Source of the DNA: Bacteroidota bacterium
GTDB lineage: Bacteria; Bacteroidota; Bacteroidia; Bacteroidales; VadinHA17
Direction: 5' to 3'
NCBI GenBank assembly: GCA_016718875.1
Contig: JADKBL010000014.1
Span: 6,524-70,523, forward strand
DNA length: 64,000 nt
The position numbers and the translations under genes were made by a program. Shown here in pieces: positions 1 to 7,999 of this stretch (the first letter of the stretch is position 1; each line of letters begins with the position of its first letter). The notes beneath the pieces are model-generated. The model saw nothing but the letters and a program-made list of their open reading frames with translations. It had not been told where the DNA came from and searched no databases.

Positions 1-1
1 A

Positions 2-505
2 TCATGCAATCCGAATGACGGTCACAGGGGACTTGCTGCACTTGAGAAAAATTTTGATGTGCAGATCATCACACAAAATGTAGATGATCTTCATGAACGT
101 GCAGGCAGTACTAAAATACTTCATCTCCACGGAGAACTGACCAAGGCCAGAAGCACTTCAGATAAAAATCTTGTTTATGATATCGGATACAGGGATATCA
201 ATCCGGGTGACTTGTGTGAAAAAGGAAGTCAGCTTCGTCCACATATAGTATGGTTCGGAGAGGATGTCCCGATGATGGATGAAGCAGTAAGACTAACCTC
301 GGAAGCTGATATCTTTGTTGTGGTGGGATCATCGCTGAATGTCTATCCGGCAGCAGGACTTATCAATTACGCACCGAAGAATGCTTCTCTCTGGCTGATT
401 GATCCCAATGATGTGGCTGTTCCGAATCTCCGAAATGTTAAAATAATAAGGGAAGGTGCATCTGAAGGAGTCAGATTGCTTATTGAAAAGTTACTCCTTT
501 TCTAA
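2..505 (+). CDS. cobB: NAD-dependent protein deacylase, Sir2/CobB family (5' end outside window)
   Basis: Frame is open from nt 2 (SCNPNDGHRGLAALEK...). Sirtuin motifs QNVDDLHERAGS and VVVGSSLNVYPAA are present. The track ORF 59..505 starts at an internal Met. Confidence 0.85.
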   Translation, partial: SCNPNDGHRGLAALEKNFDVQIITQNVDDLHERAGSTKILHLHGELTKARSTSDKNLVYDIGYRDINPGDLCEKGSQLRPHIVWFGEDVPMMDEAVRLTSEADIFVVVGSSLNVYPAAGLINYAPKNASLWLIDPNDVAVPNLRNVKIIREGASEGVRLLIEKLLLF

Positions 506-625
506 CACAGAGAGACACAGAGGTCTTCGCTCCGCTCCGACTGTCACAGAGGGACACAAAGAATTGAAATAAGCATCATAATTTCTTTGTGGAACTCTGT
601 GCTTCTCAGTGTCTCTCTGTGTAAG
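504..625. repeat. CACAGAG-word inverted-repeat element, copy 1 (variant ends)
   Basis: aacacagagagacacagagg (504-523) pairs with cagtgtctctctgtgtaag (607-625). A nested pair is tcacagagggacacaaagaa / ttctttgtggaactctgtg. The element begins on the cobB stop codon. Confidence 0.7.
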
Positions 626-692
626 TTCTTATCCCTCACAAACAGTACTCCTAACAAAATTTGCTACATTTACATACTGAAACTGAGCAATA

Positions 693-1268
693 ATGCCAAC
701 ACGAAATAGGAAAATAGTCCTCGCCATAACCGGAGCAAGCGGATCAATTTATGCCAAAAAGCTCATGGAAAAGCTTCGGCAGCTGAATAATCCTCCGGAG
801 GAGATTGCAGTTATTCTCTCCGACACTGCAAAAGAGATATGGCTTGCAGAAACAGGAGAAAAATTCAAGGCGGACTATCCTGCGAAGGAGTATTCAAATA
901 AATCTTTTCATGCACCATTCGCATCAGGATCATCAACATATGACACGATGATCATCTGCCCCTCATCGATGGGTACACTGGGAAGAATAGCCAACGGAAC
1001 ATCCGACGACCTCACCGCCCGTGCTGCCGATGTGATGCTTAAGGAAAAAAGAAGACTTATAATAGTCCCCAGGGAGGCTCCTTATAACCTCATCCATATT
1101 GAAAATATGAAAACACTTACCCTGGCAGGAGCAATAATCTGTCCGGCATCACCATCATTCTACAGCAATCCGAAATCTATCGATGAGCTGGTGTTGACTG
1201 TTGTTGACCGCATTATCGATCTTGCAGGATTTGAGAATAACAGCTACAGGTGGATGGAAAATGGTTGA
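693..1268 (+). CDS. ubiX: flavin prenyltransferase UbiX (Pad1 family)
   Basis: KIVLAITGASGSIYAKKLMEKL N-terminus, PSSMGTLGRIANGTSDDL and RRLIIVPREAPYNLIHIENM, typical of UbiX. Confidence 0.9.
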   Translation: MPTRNRKIVLAITGASGSIYAKKLMEKLRQLNNPPEEIAVILSDTAKEIWLAETGEKFKADYPAKEYSNKSFHAPFASGSSTYDTMIICPSSMGTLGRIANGTSDDLTARAADVMLKEKRRLIIVPREAPYNLIHIENMKTLTLAGAIICPASPSFYSNPKSIDELVLTVVDRIIDLAGFENNSYRWMENG

Positions 1269-1731
1269 CAGTAAAATCATAAAATTCTTCAGGAAACATC
1301 ATGTTCTGACAATTGCCACATCATCAGGCAATGAGCCATGGTGCGCCAACTGCTTTTACGCTTACATGGAAGATGACAATTCACTTGTTTTCACCACCGA
1401 TGCAGAAACAAGGCACGGAAAAGAGTTCATTGCTAATCCTGTTGTTGCAGGATCGGTAGTACTCGAAACAATGGTTATCGGAAAGATAAGGGGAATACAG
1501 TTTCAGGGAACAGTTTCAGAACCTGATGGCGATTTGCTGCGAAAAGCAAAATCAGCCTATCTGAAGAGATTTCCTGTGGCAGCTCTGATGGATACGAGGC
1601 TCTGGGTTGTGAAGTTGTCGTATATTAAGATGACTGATAATCGACTGGGGTTTGGGAAGAAACTGATCTGGACGCAAGACACAGGACACAAGGCGCAGGG
1701 CGCAGGGAAGAATGCCAAGCCTGAAAATTGA
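1261..1731 (+). CDS. pyridoxamine 5'-phosphate oxidase-like FMN-binding protein (YhbP/UPF0306-like)
   Basis: The ATG at 1261 overlaps the ubiX stop by 8 nt, so the track start at 1201 is rejected. The split-barrel-like sequence HHVLTIATSS...WCANCFYAY...IRGIQFQG is present. The C-terminal tail runs into a GC-rich repeat. Confidence 0.6.
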   Translation: MVDSKIIKFFRKHHVLTIATSSGNEPWCANCFYAYMEDDNSLVFTTDAETRHGKEFIANPVVAGSVVLETMVIGKIRGIQFQGTVSEPDGDLLRKAKSAYLKRFPVAALMDTRLWVVKLSYIKMTDNRLGFGKKLIWTQDTGHKAQGAGKNAKPEN

Positions 1732-2053
1732 ACACCAGGTAATCTGATACTCCTTACATCTATTTTGGAAGGCCTTTTGAAAAAAATGCCACAGATTGTT
1801 TATCAGTTCCAAGTTCTCCCCTCTGAGATATTCGTCAGGAATACTACAGGCAGCTCTTCTGACCTGATCCTTCAGACTAAAATCACTTTTGAAGCTACTT
1901 TTTTGTAAGTTGAAAATAGAAATGCCTTTTCCAACTTTTAAATTCATACTCTCACATGAAATTTAGATGTTAATATATTTTATAAATTTAAAATCTTCTG
2001 ATTAAAAAAACTGCTTCGACACCTTCCCTCTTCGCGTCTTGCCTGCGCCTTGC
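1687..2053. repeat. Cassette bounded by inverted GCGCAGG-word arms
   Basis: Left arm is cacaaggcgcagggcgcagggaag (1687-1710). Right arm is cttccctcttcgcgtcttgcctgcgccttgc (2023-2053). The outer 11 nt (caaggcgcagg) and the inner gggaag are exact reverse complements. Confidence 0.5.
1735..1947 (-). pseudogene. Degenerate four-helix-bundle (23S rRNA intervening-sequence protein-like) ORF
   Basis: Only the stretch LKDQVRRAACSIP resembles the family core (Q-[IL]-RR-[AS]-A-x-SIP-x-NIAEG). The NIAEG part and the N-terminal helix are lost. The track ORF 1552..1947 reads on into the convergent gene. Confidence 0.3.
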
Positions 2054-2109
2054 TTCTCTTTTCTTAATTTTACTAAATTTACAGTCCAATCAAAACTTAA
2101 TTAAAAGCT

Positions 2110-2709
2110 ATGTTCTCAGGAATAGTAGAAGAAGCCGCACCGGTTGTGAAACTTGAAAAAGAGAAAGACAACCTCCATATAACAATGAAATGCTCTTTCG
2201 TGAAAGAACTGAAGATCGATCAGAGTATTTCACATAACGGGGTATGCCTCACTGTTGTAAAAAAGGACAAAGAGACCTATACCGTAACAGCAATAAAAGA
2301 GACTCTCGAAAAGACAAATCTTGGTCTTCTCAAACCCGGCGACAAGGTAAATCTGGAACGCAGCACCAAACTCGATGGCCGTCTGGATGGTCATATGGTG
2401 CAGGGGCATGTCGACCAGACTGCTGTGTGTACCAGTGTTAAAGAGGCCGGAGGAAGCTGGTACTACACCTTCAAATACAAACCTGTCCAGGATGATTACA
2501 TCACCGTTGAAAAGGGATCGGTCTCGGTAAACGGAGTGAGCCTGACTGTTGTAAACTCAAAAACAAATTCATTCCAGGTTGCTATCATCCCTTTCACACA
2601 TGAAGTCACTAACTTCCATCAGATCAAAAAAGGGACAGTTGTTAACCTGGAGTTCGATATACTCGGGAAGTATATTGCGAAGATTGTGAGGCAGGTGATG
2701 GAGAGGTAG
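2110..2709 (+). CDS. ribE: riboflavin synthase (alpha chain)
   Basis: MFSGIVEE start, an internal duplication (SISHNGVCLTV / SVSVNGVSLTV) and a 199-aa length. Confidence 0.92.
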   Translation: MFSGIVEEAAPVVKLEKEKDNLHITMKCSFVKELKIDQSISHNGVCLTVVKKDKETYTVTAIKETLEKTNLGLLKPGDKVNLERSTKLDGRLDGHMVQGHVDQTAVCTSVKEAGGSWYYTFKYKPVQDDYITVEKGSVSVNGVSLTVVNSKTNSFQVAIIPFTHEVTNFHQIKKGTVVNLEFDILGKYIAKIVRQVMER

Positions 2710-2783
2710 GCAGAGGGCAAAGGGCTCTAGGCGCAGGGCGCAGGGAAGAAAAGCCTTGCGTCCTGAGTCTTGTGTCTTGTGCC
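2710..2783 (+). repeat. GC-rich word hairpin after ribE, followed by a T-run (probable terminator)
   Basis: gggcgcaggg pairs with ccttgcgtcc using two G-U wobbles on the + strand only. The words ggcgcaggg and cttgtgtc repeat. TTTTTT follows at 2784-2789. Confidence 0.5.
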
Positions 2784-2843
2784 TTTTTTCCTATCTTTGT
2801 CCGAATTTTTTTAAACAACATATTTACATAATCGACTGGAACA

Positions 2844-5800
2844 ATGGGAAATCGCTTTCCTGAATACAAAGGCCTGGATCTCTCGCAGGTAAACAAGGAG
2901 ATCCTGAAGGTTTGGGATGAGAATGATACTTTTCACAGGAGCATACGTGAGGTGAATGGTAAGGGGGAGTTCGTGTTTTATGAAGGACCTCCTTCAGCAA
3001 ACGGAATACCGGGTATTCATCATGTAATGGCACGTACAATCAAGGATGCAATCTGTCGTTTCAAAACGCAGTGCGGTTATGAAGTAAAACGCAAGGCCGG
3101 ATGGGACACCCATGGACTTCCTGTTGAACTTCAGGTTGAAAAAGCACTTGGCATAACAAAAGAGGATATCGGAAACAAATCTTCAGCTAAACATATTTCC
3201 GTTGAGGATTTCAATAAGGCCTGCCGTACCGACGTAATGAAATATACCGACTTATGGGAGGATCTTACCCGTAAGATGGGCTACTGGGTAAACATGGACC
3301 ACCCTTATGTTACTTATGATAACCGCTATATTGAATCTTTGTGGTGGCTTCTTAAACAGCTTTACGAAAAAGGAGTGCTCTACCAGGGGTATACAATCCA
3401 GCCCTATTCACCTGCAGCAGGTACAGGCCTTAGTTCCCATGAACTGAACCTGCCCGGCTGCTATAAAGATGTAAAGGATACAACATGTGTTGCCCTGTTC
3501 AGGGTTATCAGGGACAAAAAATCTGAATTCCTCTTTCATGATATTGAAACCAATGATCTCCATATCATGGCCTGGACAACCACACCCTGGACACTTCCTT
3601 CCAATACGGCACTTGCAGTCGGAAGAGATATCAGGTATGTAAGGGTAAGTTTCAATCCATATACGGCAGAACCAATTACGGTAATCCTTGCAAAAGAACT
3701 TCTGCATTCTTACTTCTCCGAATCAAACACAGGCCTGCATTTTTCAGAATATAAGCCAGCCGACAAGAAGATCCCTTATAAAGTAACAGGCGAATTTGCC
3801 GGAATTGATTTAAAAGATGTTGAATATGAACAGCTCATCGACTGGGTTAATCCGGGCGAGGGAGCCTTCAAAGTACTGACGGGGGATTTTGTAACAACAG
3901 AAGATGGTACCGGTATTGTTCATATAGCACCCACTTTCGGCGCCGACGACTACCGTGTTGCCAGGGAAAACGGAGTTCCTCCACTTATTATGAAGAGGAA
4001 GGACGGATCGTTCGGTCCGATGGTTGACAAGCGGGGGTATTTGGTACCGATAGCTGACCTGGATGATGAATTTGTAAAGAAAAATGTCAACACAGTCACA
4101 TACTCGGATTTCGAGGCTAAACCTGTGAAGAATGAGTATGACAATGAGATATCACCAGATAAAGAAACAATTGACGTTGAGATAGCCGTGATGCTGAAAC
4201 AGCAGGGCAAGGCATTTAAGATTGAAAAGCACATACACAGTTATCCCCATTGCTGGAGAACAGACAAACCAGTACTTTACTATCCTCTGGATGCCTGGTT
4301 TATCCGCACCACAGCATTCCGCGACAGGCTGATAGAGCTTAATAACACAATCAACTGGAAGCCCCAGTCGACAGGGACGGGCAGATTCGGCAAATGGCTC
4401 GAGAACCTGGTTGACTGGAACCTTTCACGCTCACGCTACTGGGGTACTCCCCTTCCTATCTGGGTTACTGAGGACAGGAAAGAAGAGAAATGTATCGGTT
4501 CAGCTTCAGAGCTAAAGGCAGAGATTGAAAAATCGATCAAAGCCGGTTATATGAAATCCAATCCGCTTAAGGATTTCACTGAGGGAGACAACACAGAGGT
4601 AAACTATCAGAAGTTTGATCTGCACCGTCCGTTCGTTGATGAGATATTCCTTGTCAGCAATTCAGGCAAAAAGATGTTCCGTGAGCCCGACCTCATAGAT
4701 GTATGGTTCGACTCAGGGGCGATGCCCTATGCTCAGGCACATTATCCGTTTGAGAATAAGGAGAATTTCCATCTGATGTTCCCGGCTGACTTCATAGCTG
4801 AAGGCGTTGACCAGACAAGAGGCTGGTTCTTCACCCTTCATGCAATAGCCACTATGATATCCGATTCCGTATCATTTAAAAATATTATATCAAACGGTCT
4901 TGTACTCGACAAGAACGGGAATAAGATGTCGAAACGTCTCGGCAATGCAGTTGATCCTTTTACGGCAATTGAGGAATATGGATCAGATCCCCTCAGGTGG
5001 TATATGATAACAAATGCACAGCCATGGGATAACCTGAAGTTTGATATCACAGGTGTGGATGAGGTGAAACGTAAGTTCTTCGGAACACTGTATAACACCT
5101 ATTCATTCTTCTCGCTCTATGCAAATGTTGATAATTTCAGGTACTCCGAAAAGGATATACCGGTAAATGAAAGGCCGGAGATTGACAGGTGGATCATTTC
5201 CCTTTTGAATTCACTTGTCAGGGAGGTCACAAACTGCTATAATGATTATGACCTTACCAGGGCCGGACGTGCAATCCAGGATTTCGTGACAGAGAACCTC
5301 AGTAACTGGTATGTTCGCCTCAACCGCAAGCGCTACTGGGGTGGTGATTATGATAAGGATAAACTGGCTGCCTACCAGACGCTTTATACTTGTCTCGAGA
5401 CTGTTGCACAGCTTTCAGCACCTGTAGCTCCATTCTATTCAGAGAGGCTCTTCACTGACCTCAACGGTATCACAGGCAGACACAAAGAAAACTCCGTTCA
5501 TCTTGCTCTTTTCCCCGGATATGATGAATCGCTTATCGACAAATCACTTGAAGAAAGGATGGATATTGCCCAGAAAGTCTCCTCAATGATTCTTGGCTTA
5601 AGAAGGAAAGTCAGCATCAAGGTACGTCAGCCGCTGGCCAAGATAATGGTTCCTGTTCCCGACAATAATTTCAGGGCAAAATTTGAAGCTGTGAAAGATC
5701 TTATTCTTGCAGAAGTTAATGTCAGGGAAGTGGAGTATATTGACGACACCGCCTCGATCCTTGTGAAGAAGATCAAGCCGAATTTCAAGACGCTGGGACC

Positions 5801-6290
5801 TAAATACGGGAAGCTGATGAAGGAAATTGCAAATGCGGTTTCTTCATTTACATCACAGGAGATAGTAGCATTTGAAAACAACAAAAGCCATAAGCTCTCA
5901 ATCAACGGTCAGGAGGTTATCCTTAGCATCGATGATGTGGAGATAATCTCGGAAGATATACCGGGATGGCAGGTTGCAAATGAAGGAAAACTCACTGTAG
6001 CACTTGACGTAACTGTGACAGATGATCTCCGCTATGAGGGTATTGCCCGTGAGTTTGTAAACAGGATACAGAACATCCGCAAGGAGGCCGGTTTTGATGT
6101 AACTGACAAGATCACTGTTAAGATTGAGGATCATGAATTTGTAAGGGAAGCCGTTAAAAGGCATTCAGCATATATTGGTTCCCAGACGCTGGCAACTGTT
6201 GTTGAGCTATCAGCAAGTCTGGATGCCAATGTGAGAGAGGTGGAGATTGATGAGGTAGTGGTGAAGGTGGAGGTGAGGAAGAATAATTGA
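2844..6290 (+). CDS. ileS: isoleucine--tRNA ligase (long, type-2 form)
   Basis: HIGH-type motif PPSANGIPGIHHV and KMSKS motif KMSKRLGN in an 1148-aa class I synthetase. Confidence 0.97.
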   Translation: MGNRFPEYKGLDLSQVNKEILKVWDENDTFHRSIREVNGKGEFVFYEGPPSANGIPGIHHVMARTIKDAICRFKTQCGYEVKRKAGWDTHGLPVELQVEKALGITKEDIGNKSSAKHISVEDFNKACRTDVMKYTDLWEDLTRKMGYWVNMDHPYVTYDNRYIESLWWLLKQLYEKGVLYQGYTIQPYSPAAGTGLSSHELNLPGCYKDVKDTTCVALFRVIRDKKSEFLFHDIETNDLHIMAWTTTPWTLPSNTALAVGRDIRYVRVSFNPYTAEPITVILAKELLHSYFSESNTGLHFSEYKPADKKIPYKVTGEFAGIDLKDVEYEQLIDWVNPGEGAFKVLTGDFVTTEDGTGIVHIAPTFGADDYRVARENGVPPLIMKRKDGSFGPMVDKRGYLVPIADLDDEFVKKNVNTVTYSDFEAKPVKNEYDNEISPDKETIDVEIAVMLKQQGKAFKIEKHIHSYPHCWRTDKPVLYYPLDAWFIRTTAFRDRLIELNNTINWKPQSTGTGRFGKWLENLVDWNLSRSRYWGTPLPIWVTEDRKEEKCIGSASELKAEIEKSIKAGYMKSNPLKDFTEGDNTEVNYQKFDLHRPFVDEIFLVSNSGKKMFREPDLIDVWFDSGAMPYAQAHYPFENKENFHLMFPADFIAEGVDQTRGWFFTLHAIATMISDSVSFKNIISNGLVLDKNGNKMSKRLGNAVDPFTAIEEYGSDPLRWYMITNAQPWDNLKFDITGVDEVKRKFFGTLYNTYSFFSLYANVDNFRYSEKDIPVNERPEIDRWIISLLNSLVREVTNCYNDYDLTRAGRAIQDFVTENLSNWYVRLNRKRYWGGDYDKDKLAAYQTLYTCLETVAQLSAPVAPFYSERLFTDLNGITGRHKENSVHLALFPGYDESLIDKSLEERMDIAQKVSSMILGLRRKVSIKVRQPLAKIMVPVPDNNFRAKFEAVKDLILAEVNVREVEYIDDTASILVKKIKPNFKTLGPKYGKLMKEIANAVSSFTSQEIVAFENNKSHKLSINGQEVILSIDDVEIISEDIPGWQVANEGKLTVALDVTVTDDLRYEGIAREFVNRIQNIRKEAGFDVTDKITVKIEDHEFVREAVKRHSAYIGSQTLATVVELSASLDANVREVEIDEVVVKVEVRKNN

Positions 6291-6417
6291 GGCGCAAGGA
6301 CGCAATGGCGCAACGGCTGTGCGATGGCACTGATGCTTTTGGCTCCCCTCCTGGGAGGGGAACCCTGCTGGCGCAAATCTCCTCTTCTCCCAATCTCCCA
6401 GTCTCCCTATCACCCCC
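6291..6417 (+). repeat. GGCGCAAN octamer words, a small palindrome, then CTCCC words
   Basis: ggcgcaag gacgcaat ggcgcaac starts 1 nt after the ileS stop. The palindrome is cccctcctgggagggg. The tract tctcccaatctcccagtctccc is interrupted at 6418 by the IS3 end. Confidence 0.5.
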
Positions 6418-6475
6418 TGACTCGTCCTAAAAAAAGTTTACAGATTAATAATTAAATACTGATATCAAGTTATAC

Positions 6476-7404
6476 TTAATAGTTAATCCTGATATGTTTA
6501 CAATAATAGGATTTCTTTTTGTAATAATTCTTCCATAATCTTTCTGTTTGGATCTTCTGTTCATGAACCATTGAAGGATACTGATTTCCGATACTCATAT
6601 GAGGTCTGTCATCATTATAAAGGTTTACAGATCTTGTTAATACCCTTCTGGCTTCTTCTATTGATCTTACCGGATTATCAATCAAATATTCATCCTTAAG
6701 TATTCCATTTAATCTTTCTGCTAAGGCATTCTCTAACGGATCTCCGTTTTCCGTCATACTTATTTTAATGTTATTGTCCTGCAACAGCTTTACATATTCA
6801 TAGGAACAATACTGTACTCCCCGGTCAGAATGATGGATGAGTTGAAAATGACCTTCTGGCTCCATAAATAAGCCAGATAGGGCCATTTTCAATGCCTGTA
6901 CGCTCTCAACGGCTTCCAATGTATCAGCTACATGAAAGCCACTACCTTACGTGAATAAGCATCAGTAATAAAGCTAATATAAACATGTCCTCCATTTATT
7001 TTCCAGAGGTAATGTCACTAACCCAAAGCTGGTTAGGTTCGCTGTCTGGGATAAATTCACGTATCAGGTTCGGATACTTTCTTGAGCCAAAGAAAGATTG
7101 AGTGGTTTGATATACGTCTTTTCCTCTTTCTTACAAGCAAATGATTGGATGACAAGAGATCAAATAATGCATCCCTCCCCATCTTAATTTGGTGCTCTAA
7201 CATAAATGGGTGTAGCTTATCATAGAGCTTACGGGTTCCCATTCTTTTATGATTTTTACGGATTTCCAGAACCTCCTTCAACATAAGATCTTCTTCAATA
7301 CTGATCTCAATACCTTTCCAACTGTTTTGATAATATGCCTGCCTGGTAACTCCAAACCAACCACATAGCTTGGCTAATCCTATGTGTGGAAAATTTCTTT
7401 TCAT
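6476..7404 (-). pseudogene. IS3 OrfB transposase (DDE/rve core) in at least 2 fragments
   Basis: HSDRGVQYCS...NALAERLNGILKDE (6476-6919) and LCGWFGVTRQAYYQ...GTRKLYDKL (7057-7404). The linking segment KYPNLIREFIPDSEPNQLWVSDIT lies in other frames and contains stops. Confidence 0.8.
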
Positions 7405-7847
7405 TTCTTCAATGGTTTGGTATTGAGCTTTTTTCTGATTGGGATATTAAACTCCTTCTCAGCTATATCAACCATTGTCGAAAAGGCAATTGCCTTCATC
7501 TCGGCATCTTTCAATTGATTTTCTAGTTCAGAAATTCGTTTCTTTAATTGAAGGAGTTCAAACGATTCTTCTGCTTTTGTGATAGAGGATTGATTTTTGC
7601 CATCAAACTATTAGTTTCCTCCAAAAGTAGGTCTTCTGTTCAGGTAAGTTCCGCAGGATAACTTAAGAACTGGGCACATCCATCTTGACAAAATCCATGC
7701 TCTTCAGACTGACCTGTATACTTTCCCAAATTTCAGCCCTTGTACAATTTGAGGAAAGCATCTCCTGAATAATATCGATGTCACTCCTCAATACTAAAAG
7801 ATCCCTCCTCTTCTTAGTCCTGAATTAACTTTACTTGTTTCTTCCAT
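7405..7847 (-). pseudogene. IS3 OrfA (HTH/leucine-zipper) remnant with several frame breaks
   Basis: ATG at 7847 is followed by a stop after 17 codons. The coiled-coil piece ELLQLKKRISELENQLKDAEMKAIAF is readable in another frame. Confidence 0.5.
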
Positions 7848-7889
7848 TTTACACTTTTTGTGTAAACCTATTTCAGGGACAAGACTACA

Positions 7890-7932
7890 CCTCTCCAGAT
7901 CTCCCCTCTCCCTCTCACCCTCTCTCCCCCTC
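7890..7932 (+). repeat. CTCCC-word tract continuing on the far side of the IS3
   Basis: cctctccagatctcccctctccctctcaccctctctccccctc has the same orientation and word type as 6385-6417. Confidence 0.45.
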
Positions 7933-7987
7933 ATAATTAAAATATACAAAAGCACCCTCCCATATTCTGAATTAGTTAATTAACTGA

Positions 7988-7995
7988 TATCTTTG
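7988..7995 (+). promoter_or_regulatory. Bacteroidota -7 box TATCTTTG (TAnnTTTG) for dnaG
   Basis: Exact TAnnTTTG ending 4 nt before the dnaG ATG at 8000, which implies a leaderless or near-leaderless mRNA. Confidence 0.4.
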
Positions 7996-7999
7996 GCTT

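Larger units (their letters stand above)
6418..7889 (-). mobile_element. IS3-family insertion sequence, degraded
   Basis: Imperfect terminal inverted repeats: tgactcgtcctaaaaaaagtttaca (6418-) versus the reverse complement of 7861-7889, tgtagtcttgtccctgaaataggtttaca. Internal OrfA/OrfB remnants are present. The TG...CA ends fit IS3. Confidence 0.8.

Noticed and set aside
525-531. A shared CTTCGCT core in several GC-rich intergenic elements (525, 32441, 35543, and 40513 as the reverse complement).
   Set aside because: A 7-mer is expected about 8 times by chance in 64 kb counting both strands, so the recurrence is not significant on its own.
504-625. Whether the CACAGAG-type repeats could be a CRISPR array.
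   Set aside because: The words are 7-10 nt long and directly adjacent or inverted, not 25-40-nt repeats separated by unique spacers. No cas genes are present. The copies are dispersed across intergenic regions.
1950-2109. An FMN riboswitch upstream of ribE, and a SAM-type riboswitch upstream of mtnA (52215-52415).
   Set aside because: I could not find the conserved RFN or SAM-I/SAM-II core sequences or helices by eye. The ribE leader is AT-rich apart from the repeat arm. This is unproven either way without an Infernal scan.
3408-3707. Antisense and overlapping ORFs in the track inside long, well-supported genes. Examples are 3408-3707, 3950-4234, 5627-5905, 12440-12697, 14455-14793, 16957-17307, 25160-25501, 29315-29920, 43086-43487, 44135-44437 and 52788-53228.
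   Set aside because: Each is fully embedded opposite to or out of frame with a CDS that has clear family motifs. They have no motifs of their own and their composition mirrors the sense gene. I treat them as shadow ORFs.
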